From Thermoplasmata archaeon (lineage in GTDB: Archaea; Thermoplasmatota; Thermoplasmata; RBG-16-68-12), in contig JBGPGA010000001.1 in the NCBI GenBank assembly GCA_041483635.1, forward strand, positions 1 to 60,828: a stretch of 60,828 nt of DNA, in the 5' to 3' direction. The notes beneath the pieces are model-generated. The model searched no databases. It saw nothing but the letters and a program-made list of their open reading frames with translations, and was not told where the DNA came from. Made by a program: the position numbers and the translations under genes. Below are positions 18,177 to 25,189 of this stretch, in pieces (within the stretch, counting starts at the first letter, position 1; every line of letters begins with the position of its first letter).

Positions 18177-19416
18177 GATCCCGGCGGAGCACGACTTGGC
18201 CCAGGCCCTCCACGGCGGGCGCGTCCTGGGGCCTGCATCGTACGACGACCTCGATCCGCTCGGGTCCGTGGACCACGGATACGACATCGGTCCGTTCATG
18301 GAGCCAGTGCAGGCTCGCCTCGCTCTCCGGATCCAAGGGGAGGACGAGATGGACCTCGAGCGGGTACGCGAACGTGTCCTGGATCACTCGCTGGAGGTCG
18401 TCGAGACCCTCGCCCGTGTACGGGGACAGGAGGAGGGCCGGGCGGTGGAACTCGGAATCGGCCAGGGCCTGCGCCTTCATCGCCACGGTCTCGGCGGGTA
18501 GGAGGTCCACCTTCGTCAGGACCGGCAAGATCGCCTCGACGCGGACCTTGGGAAGCAAGGTCCGGGCCGCGAGGCGCACCTTGCGCCGGATCTCCTCGAC
18601 CGGGTCGACCGCGTCGACGAGAAGGAGCACGAGGTCCGCCTGGAAGATTTCTTCCAGGGTGGCGTTGAACGCCTCGATCATCCAGAACGGGACCCCGTCC
18701 ACGAACCCGACCGTGTCCGTGAGCAAGATCCGCCGGTGGGCGCCGGGAAGGGTGCGCGTCGTCGTGGAGAGCGTGGAGAACATCTTCGAGTCGACGACGA
18801 CGTGTTCCTTCGCGAGCGCGTTGAGCAGGGACGATTTCCCCGCGTTCGCATACCCGGCGAGGGCGACGAGGTGGTAGCCACGCTCCTTCCGGAGCTGTCG
18901 TCGGACTTCGCGCTCGCGGCGGATCGTCTCGAGCTCGTCCCTGATCTTCCTCAGGCGCCGCTTCACCGTCTCGTAGTACGCATCGACGCGCAGCTCTCCC
19001 CCGGCCATGAACCCCGGGCGCTCCCCGATGTCCGCCTCGTGGATCCACTCCCGGAGTAAGGGGACCTCGTACTGGAGGAGGGCGAGCTCGACCTGGAGCT
19101 TCGCCTCCCGCGTCGCCGCGCGCTGCGCGAACAGCTCGAGCAGCACGCGGAGGCGGTCGTAGCACTCGACCCCGAGCTCCTGCTCGAGATGATAATGCAT
19201 CGTGGGCCGGAGCTCGCCGTTGAACACGACGAGGGCGACGTCGCCCCGGTCGACCCGCTCCCGGATCTCGTCGAGCTTGCCTCGGCCTACGAACGTCTGC
19301 GGGTCCGGGTGGTTCCGGCGCTGGACGATCCGATCGATGATTCGGTGGCCCGCCGAGTCGATGAGGGCCGCGATCTCGCCCGTGTCATCGGTCAGGGAGA
19401 CCAGGAGGACGTCCAA
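18166..19416 (-). CDS. hflX: GTPase HflX
   Basis: HflX N-terminal domain plus G domain, with ALAGYANAGKSSLLNAL (G1), LTDTVGF (G3) and LTKVD (G4). Confidence 0.88.
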   Translation of the reverse strand: MDVLLVSLTDDTGEIAALIDSAGHRIIDRIVQRRNHPDPQTFVGRGKLDEIRERVDRGDVALVVFNGELRPTMHYHLEQELGVECYDRLRVLLELFAQRAATREAKLQVELALLQYEVPLLREWIHEADIGERPGFMAGGELRVDAYYETVKRRLRKIRDELETIRREREVRRQLRKERGYHLVALAGYANAGKSSLLNALAKEHVVVDSKMFSTLSTTTRTLPGAHRRILLTDTVGFVDGVPFWMIEAFNATLEEIFQADLVLLLVDAVDPVEEIRRKVRLAARTLLPKVRVEAILPVLTKVDLLPAETVAMKAQALADSEFHRPALLLSPYTGEGLDDLQRVIQDTFAYPLEVHLVLPLDPESEASLHWLHERTDVVSVVHGPERIEVVVRCRPQDAPAVEGLGQVVLRRDLSS

Positions 19417-19510
19417 CGCGCCGTCGAAGGGAGGCCCAGCGAATAAGCGTTTCCACCGGAAACGGAGGGGTGGGGGTCCAGGGCGGGGGGCCGCCTCCGT
19501 TCAACCAGAT

Positions 19511-19528
19511 TAACCTTAAATAAGGTTG
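19511..19528. promoter_or_regulatory. 18-bp palindrome TAACCTTAAATAAGGTTG (copy 2 of 4)
   Basis: Lies between divergent hflX (ATG 19416) and the small ORF-moaD-moaE unit. Its centre is 25 nt before GTG 19545. Confidence 0.7.
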
Positions 19529-19544
19529 CATCGTTGCGACCTTC

Positions 19545-19781
19545 GTGCAGGTCGGCTGCGGTCTCACCACGAAGGAGATCCGGGGCCGTCCTTACCTCTA
19601 CTTCTGGCACTACGAGGAGCGCGGAGGACGCCGGGTCCAGGTCTTCCAGTACATCGGTTCGGCGCGGTCCGAGGCCGCGCGGCCGAGGCTCGAGGCCGCC
19701 GTCGCCGCGTACTTCGACCGGCTGGCGGTCGAGCTGCGGGAGCGCCGGGCGGCCCTCCTCGCGAAGCTCCCGCCGCCCTGA
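19545..19781 (+). CDS. small conserved-looking protein (78 aa), first gene of the moaD-moaE unit
   Basis: Strongly G/C-rich third codon positions. The core is KEIRGRPYLYFWHYEERGGRRVQVFQYIGS, followed by a helical tail. GTG start, with its stop 12-39 nt before moaD. Confidence 0.55.
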   Translation: MQVGCGLTTKEIRGRPYLYFWHYEERGGRRVQVFQYIGSARSEAARPRLEAAVAAYFDRLAVELRERRAALLAKLPPP

Positions 19782-19822
19782 GGCGCAAACGCCAAATGGC
19801 GCCCCCGGCATCGGACCCCGTG

Positions 19823-20074
19823 ATGCGCCTCCGCGTCAAGCTCTTCGCGACGTACCGCGAGATCGTCGGCGCGAAGGACGTCGCGTGGACCGCGGAGCCG
19901 GGGACCACCCTCGGCGAGTTCCTGGACGCGTTCCTCGGTCGTCATCCGCGGCTCGCCTCCCACCGCGGCACGATGATGCTCGCCGTGAACCAGGCGTTCG
20001 CCGATCCCACCCAGGTCCTCCGCGACGGCGACGAGGTCGCCCTGCTGCCCCCCGTGAGCGGAGGGGCGCGATGA
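19823..20074 (+). CDS. moaD: molybdopterin synthase sulfur-carrier subunit MoaD (ubiquitin-like)
   Basis: MRLRVKLFATYREIVG...GDEVALLPPVSGG carries the C-terminal Gly-Gly, followed here by AR. An in-frame ATG at 19796 is an alternative start. Confidence 0.8.
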   Translation: MRLRVKLFATYREIVGAKDVAWTAEPGTTLGEFLDAFLGRHPRLASHRGTMMLAVNQAFADPTQVLRDGDEVALLPPVSGGAR

Positions 20075-20460
20075 TCGACGTCACCCGTCGCCGGATCGAT
20101 GTCGAGGCGGTCCTGGCCAGCGTCCGCCGCGACGAGGCGGGTGCCGTCGTCCTCTTCCTCGGCTCCGTCCGGGCGGACCCCGGGGTCGCCGCCCTGGACT
20201 ACGAGGTCTACGTGCCCATGGCGGAGAAGGTCTTCGCCGAGCTCGTCGACCGAGCGAGGTCTAAGTTCCATCTCCTCGACATGTCGATCGTGCACCGCGT
20301 CGGTCGCGTGCCCGTCGGCGGGGACTCCGTGGCGATCGCGTGCTCGGCGGCCCACCGCCGCGAGGCTTTCGACGCCTGCGCCTGGGCCATGGACGAGGTC
20401 AAGCGGGTCGTCCCCATCTGGAAATCGGAGCCGCCCCGGCGAGCGCGGCGCTCGCGCTAG
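20071..20460 (+). CDS. moaE: molybdopterin synthase catalytic subunit MoaE
   Basis: The ATG overlaps the moaD stop (ATGA). Motifs GAVVLFLGSVR, HRVGRVPVGGDSVAIACSAAHRREAF and VPIWK. Confidence 0.85.
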   Translation: MIDVTRRRIDVEAVLASVRRDEAGAVVLFLGSVRADPGVAALDYEVYVPMAEKVFAELVDRARSKFHLLDMSIVHRVGRVPVGGDSVAIACSAAHRREAFDACAWAMDEVKRVVPIWKSEPPRRARRSR

Positions 20461-20527
20461 GGCCGGAGAAATCGACGCCCGGGGCCCGCTGGGCCCCCGG
20501 GCCGCACCCCCGGAGGGGGAAGCAGGT

Positions 20528-21025
20528 TCACTCGACTCCGTAGATGCCGCTCGCCGGCGCGACGTAAAACAGCGTCTGCACCGTGGCGACATCCGGGGTC
20601 GAGGTCGTCGCGTCGTGGTGTCCGTGGCCTTGGGCACCGTACGCCGACCCGGCCGGGCACTGTCCGCGGTACTGGTTCGCGCCCTGGTACTGCGAGATCC
20701 CGTTGCCCGGGTGGTTCTTCACGGGCAGGCAGACCACGTGCTTGGGCCCGTGGCTGTTCTGCCCATGGGCCTTCGGTGGCTTCGTTGGCGGCGGGTTCGA
20801 CGGCGTCGGGGTCGATCCCGCGCCGCTGCCTCCGTGGCCCGTGCCGCCCGTGCCGTGACCGCCGGTCGTCGTGCTGTCTGTGCCGCCGCTCGTCGGGTTC
20901 TGCGGCTCGTTGACCACCACGCTGTTCGTGGTGGTCCCCGTCTTGGGGAGGAGCACGTAGACCGCGAGTGCCGCCACGAGGGCGACGGCCAGGCCCACGC
21001 CCACGATCTTTCTCAGGTTCTTCAT
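20528..21025 (-). CDS. secreted or membrane-anchored Gly/His/Thr-rich low-complexity protein
   Basis: N-terminal signal/anchor MKNLRKIVGVGLAVALVAALAVYVLL, then GGHGTGGTGHGGSG, a PTPSNPPPTKPPK linker, and HGQNSHGPKH and QGHGHHD. Third-position G/C is high. Confidence 0.6.
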   Translation of the reverse strand: MKNLRKIVGVGLAVALVAALAVYVLLPKTGTTTNSVVVNEPQNPTSGGTDSTTTGGHGTGGTGHGGSGAGSTPTPSNPPPTKPPKAHGQNSHGPKHVVCLPVKNHPGNGISQYQGANQYRGQCPAGSAYGAQGHGHHDATTSTPDVATVQTLFYVAPASGIYGVE

Positions 21026-21364
21026 GTCCTTCGCCTCACGTCGTCTCGCCCGACCCCGGAGCCGTTCGCGGACCGCTCGGCCGGCCGAGCATGGCGGCGG
21101 GGACGCGGTGAAGGAATCGCCAATTCAGGAGCCCGTCGCGGGGCGTCCCGTCCCATCCCTTCGTGCGCGCCTTGTCCCATCCGCACAGGGCGACCTCAGC
21201 GGCCGGCAGCGTAGTTAAGCGCTCCGGCGTCCGACATGCCGACTTGACAATACCTCGCGCGCGCGATGGGGACCAACCGTCGGACGCGTCCGACGCGGAC
21301 TCATGTCTTGACAATCTCCGATGACTGCGAACGATGAAATAGACTGGTCTCGGTGACGGGGGCG

Positions 21365-21811
21365 ATGGCGCGGATGGTCGACATCCAGGCGAAGCCCGAC
21401 GTCCCTCGGCGCGCCGTGGCCACGGGGACGATCCGCCTGCGGGCCGCCACAATCGCCGCCATCCGCATGAAACGTGTGGAGAAGGGCGACCCCATCGCCG
21501 CCGCCGAGGTCGCAGGCCTCCTGGCGATCAAGTCCACGTGGCAGACGCTGCCCCATTGCCATCCGATTCCGCTGACCTCGGCCGCTGTGGAATTCGACAT
21601 GGGGCGGGACCGCGTCGTATGCACGACGACCGTCGAAGCGACGTACAAGACCGGGGTGGAGATGGAGGCCCTCTACGGGGTCTCGGTCGCCCTGCTCACG
21701 ATCTGGGACATGGTCAAGTCCCTGGAGAAAGATGCGCAGGGCCAGTACCCCGCTGCGCGGATCGAGGCTATCTTTGTGATTTCGAAAACGAAAGGTCGCC
21801 GCCGACCGTAG
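21365..21811 (+). CDS. moaC: cyclic pyranopterin monophosphate synthase MoaC
   Basis: MVDIQAKPDVPRRAVATG.., LLAIKSTWQTLPHCHPIPL and TGVEMEALYGVSVALLTIWDM. Confidence 0.88.
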   Translation: MARMVDIQAKPDVPRRAVATGTIRLRAATIAAIRMKRVEKGDPIAAAEVAGLLAIKSTWQTLPHCHPIPLTSAAVEFDMGRDRVVCTTTVEATYKTGVEMEALYGVSVALLTIWDMVKSLEKDAQGQYPAARIEAIFVISKTKGRRRP

Positions 21812-21883
21812 CGCCCACGACGCTCATCGCGAGAATGGAAAAGGACATCCCCCATCCCTCCATTTCGGATTCGAGGGTTTGGT

Positions 21884-22171
21884 GTGGCAGCTGCGAAGGC
21901 AGATCGGAAAAGAGTCCTTGCGGCGGAGATGCGGAAAACGATGGCGACGTCGCTGGCAGCGGCCTTCGGCTTCGTAATCGCGTTGCTCTGGAACACGGTG
22001 GTGCAGTCGGGCTTCGCGACGGCAGGGATTCCGTTGGGCGCGACCGCAAACAAAGACGACTGGGGTGGTTGGGCATTCTTCGTCGTCAGTGTCATCGTCA
22101 TCACGGTGGTGATGGTCATCTTCATCCTGCTTGTGAGCCGCCTCGCTGGCAAGGAAGCGGCGAAGGCGTAG
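21884..22171 (+). CDS. small membrane protein (2 TM), function unknown
   Basis: TMATSLAAAFGFVIALLWN...WAFFVVSVIVITVVMVIFILLV. The start is uncertain: GTG 21884 or ATG 21929. Confidence 0.55.
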   Translation: MAAAKADRKRVLAAEMRKTMATSLAAAFGFVIALLWNTVVQSGFATAGIPLGATANKDDWGGWAFFVVSVIVITVVMVIFILLVSRLAGKEAAKA

Positions 22172-22232
22172 GCGGTCTGGCGGCCGACGGGGCGAAGCCC
22201 TTTTATCGCCAGGGCGGCATGGATTTCGGCCC

Positions 22233-23858
22233 ATGAAGGTCGTGATCCTGGACGGCTACGTCGACGAGCCGTCCAACTTCGGCGTGCCGCCCTACATCTC
22301 CCCGTATCCCCGGTACCTCGCAGGCGCCGTGGCGGATGCGGGCCACGCTTGGGAGTACGTCACGATCGACCAGGTCCGCGCGGGTCACCCGCTCAAGGGC
22401 GACCTGCTCGTGATCATCTCTGGACCGATTGTCCCCGGCAAGTACCTCCGCGGATTGCCCATTAGCGAGAAGGAAGTCCTGCACCACGCGAACGCATTCG
22501 ACGGTCCGCGGGTCTTCGGCGGGCCTCTTGCCCGGTTCCGGTTTTTCGACGATGCCCTCACCGCTCCGTTCAACCACGTCGCGGTGCGGGATCTGGACAC
22601 TGCGGTCTACGACCACCTGTCCGAGGGCGACTGGACGAACCGCGACCGGACGATGGAGGAGTGGGACCGGTGGGGGCTCCTCGGCGCCGACGTCATCACG
22701 CACCATCCGGACTTCCCCGAACCGCTCGTCGTCGAGCTCGACACGTCGAAGGGATGCGTCCGCTACGTGAACGGCGGATGCAGCTTCTGCATCGAACCGC
22801 AATATGGAATCACGAAGTTCCGCCCACTGGACGGGATCCTCGCCGAAGTCCGGCGGCTCGCCGAGCTCGGCGCCGTGAACTTCCGCCTCGGTGGTCAGGC
22901 GGACTTCTTCAGCTACCAGGCCCTCGGCCTCGGATCCTCGCCGACTCCGCGAATCAACGTCCCGGCCCTCGAGGGTCTCCTACGCGGGATCCGCGAGGCG
23001 GCACCACACTTGCGAATCCTGCACACGGACAACGGCGACCCTGCCATGATGATCGCCCACCCGGACGAGGCCATGGCGGCCCTCCGCCTCCTGGTGCGGT
23101 ATACATCCCCGGGTAACCTCCTCTCCTTCGGCCTCGAGTCCGCGGACCCCGCAGTCACCCAGGCGAACAACCTGAACATCGACGCGGACGGATGCCTCGA
23201 GGCCATCCGGATGGTCAACGCCGTGGGCCGGGCGCGTGGGGAGAGCGGCCTGCCGCAGCTCCTACCCGGTCTCAATTTCGTCACGGGTTTGACGGGCGAA
23301 ACGAAGAACACCTTCGTCTTGAACCTCGCCTTTCTGAAGCATCTCCTCGAAGAGGACCTCTGGGTCCGGCGGATCAACATCCGCCAGGTTCGTCCCGTGC
23401 GGCAGGAGTTCGAGCCCACGGGGTTGCATTCCGAGTTCCGGCGTTTCAAGGAGTCCGTGCGAGCCGGTATCGACCATGAGATCCTCCGCCGCATCCTACC
23501 CGAAGGAACCGTTCTGCGAGACGTGTATCTTGAGATTCGGAACGGCCACGTGACGTACGGGCGCCAGATCGGGACCTATCCGATCCTCGTCGGCCTGCCC
23601 TACGATCTCGACCTCAATCGGTTTGTGGACGTGAAGATCACGAGCCACGGCCAGCGGTCCGTGACGGCCGTCGAGTTCCCCCTGGACGTGAATCGCGCCT
23701 CGTTGAAGGCCCTCGAAGCCCTGCCGGGCGTCGGGGCCAAGCGCGCGGCGCGTATCGTCCGGCACCGACCTTTCGCGAACTTGCCAGAACTCGCCGCAGC
23801 CCTCGACGATGCCGCTGCGGTGGAAGGCATTCGGTCGTTCGTCGGTCTGTCTTCCTGA
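22233..23858 (+). CDS. radical SAM protein with a C-terminal helix-hairpin-helix motif (COG1031-like)
   Basis: 541 aa. Cys cluster GCVRYVNGGCSFCIEP and C-terminal HhH LEALPGVGAKRAARIV. This is not the MoaA architecture. Confidence 0.7.
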   Translation: MKVVILDGYVDEPSNFGVPPYISPYPRYLAGAVADAGHAWEYVTIDQVRAGHPLKGDLLVIISGPIVPGKYLRGLPISEKEVLHHANAFDGPRVFGGPLARFRFFDDALTAPFNHVAVRDLDTAVYDHLSEGDWTNRDRTMEEWDRWGLLGADVITHHPDFPEPLVVELDTSKGCVRYVNGGCSFCIEPQYGITKFRPLDGILAEVRRLAELGAVNFRLGGQADFFSYQALGLGSSPTPRINVPALEGLLRGIREAAPHLRILHTDNGDPAMMIAHPDEAMAALRLLVRYTSPGNLLSFGLESADPAVTQANNLNIDADGCLEAIRMVNAVGRARGESGLPQLLPGLNFVTGLTGETKNTFVLNLAFLKHLLEEDLWVRRINIRQVRPVRQEFEPTGLHSEFRRFKESVRAGIDHEILRRILPEGTVLRDVYLEIRNGHVTYGRQIGTYPILVGLPYDLDLNRFVDVKITSHGQRSVTAVEFPLDVNRASLKALEALPGVGAKRAARIVRHRPFANLPELAAALDDAAAVEGIRSFVGLSS

Positions 23859-24185
23859 CCCGAACCGCCCTGAGCCGTCGAGACCTTTTCGAGGAAGCAA
23901 CCGGCCCATTTCCATTGAGGAAGGAAGACGTCGCGGCCCGCCCGTCGCCCCGGACCCTCGGAGAATCACGGACTACCGGCGTGGCGTTGATTACGCGCAG
24001 CCGCGATTCGCCTCAGCCCTCGAGGAAGCTTGATTGATTGCGCCTCGGCTCCTGGGTCCGAAGCGCTCCAGACCGCCGACACGACCCGGTCCGCGTTCGC
24101 AAGCGGTCCGGGCGGGGTCAGCGAGTTTCCCGAGGCTCACTGTCCGGGTCGGTCAACCGTTCTCCGTGCTGAAGGGCTGTTCAGG

Positions 24186-25103
24186 CTAGGAGACGGGCAT
24201 GGATAGCCGTGTCTCGATCTCCCCGTCAAGCCAGTCCTGAACGTGGATGTGTTCCACGTCGATGTTCGATCGGACTTCCTTGACGCCCTGCAGCTTCTCC
24301 ACCCATTGCGAAATCTCCTGCACCTCCGACGCGTTGGAGCAGTGGACGACGAAAAGGGAGTACTCCTCCGGTGCGGTGTGGGTCGAGATGATCCTCGGGA
24401 GTCCGGACAGAATCCTCTGGTCGACGGCTTCCTTCTTGCTCGCCTCGCAGACGACCCAGAGTCGGCATCGCACGCCGCCGACCTTCCCCAAGTCCAGGAC
24501 GGGATCGAGGTAGAACGCATTCCCTTCGACCAGGTGTTGCAGGTGCCTCTTGACCGTTCGAGTCGAGATTTGCAGGCTGCGGGAGACGTCGGACAGCCGC
24601 CCTCTCGCATTCTGTCGCAGGGCCTGGATGATCTGCCAATCCGTCTGGGTGGGGGACAGGTTGCAGGGAGGGAAGCTAAGCTTCCACCAAACCGGGGTTG
24701 GCCAACCGCAAAGGGAGGCAATCAGCTGAACCTGTCTCTCCAGCGTCCCCGCGTTCACGTACAAGACTTGGACGGCGAGCTTGTTGCCGTAGAAGTCATC
24801 GACGAGGGTCACGCCCTCCAGGAGTCGGAGTCGCGAAATCGCGGTGGCCTTCGATTCCGGATCGCTGACCCCCAGTTCCACCATTGCGGCTCGCCGGCCA
24901 AGCATACTCGGATTGAGAATGAGCTGCCACCCCTGCAGGAACCCGACCTGGTTCATGCGCCTGAGCCGGTTTCTGACTGTCTCTTCGTCCATGGCGAGCT
25001 GCCCGGCCACGTTGGCAAAGGAAATCCGGACGTCCCACTGAAACGAGTGGGGCGAAGCCAGCGCCCGGATGATACGGATGTCTTGGTCGTCTGGTGACCA
25101 CAT
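24186..25103 (-). CDS. Lrp/AsnC-family transcription regulator, tandem-duplicated (two HTH plus ligand-domain modules in one chain)
   Basis: Module 1 reads DIRIIRAL...VAGQLAMDEETVRNRLRRMNQVGFL. Module 2 reads DWQIIQALRQNARGRLSDVSRSLQISTRTVKRHLQHLVEG. Each is followed by a roughly 70-aa RAM-like segment. Confidence 0.75.
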   Translation of the reverse strand: MWSPDDQDIRIIRALASPHSFQWDVRISFANVAGQLAMDEETVRNRLRRMNQVGFLQGWQLILNPSMLGRRAAMVELGVSDPESKATAISRLRLLEGVTLVDDFYGNKLAVQVLYVNAGTLERQVQLIASLCGWPTPVWWKLSFPPCNLSPTQTDWQIIQALRQNARGRLSDVSRSLQISTRTVKRHLQHLVEGNAFYLDPVLDLGKVGGVRCRLWVVCEASKKEAVDQRILSGLPRIISTHTAPEEYSLFVVHCSNASEVQEISQWVEKLQGVKEVRSNIDVEHIHVQDWLDGEIETRLSMPVS

Positions 25104-25189
25104 AAACCAGAGCCGATGGGGAAATTGGACACAAGCCTAAGAACTTTGTCTGTTAGCTCGCCGGACTTGAGGGGGCAGACCAACCGTGG

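Noticed and set aside
22233-23858. Whether the radical SAM gene between moaC and the Lrp regulator is MoaA
   Set aside because: The architecture is wrong for MoaA. The protein is 541 aa, with a long N-terminal domain before the Cys cluster (GCVRYVNGGCSFC) and a C-terminal helix-hairpin-helix. This fits my memory of the COG1031 family instead.
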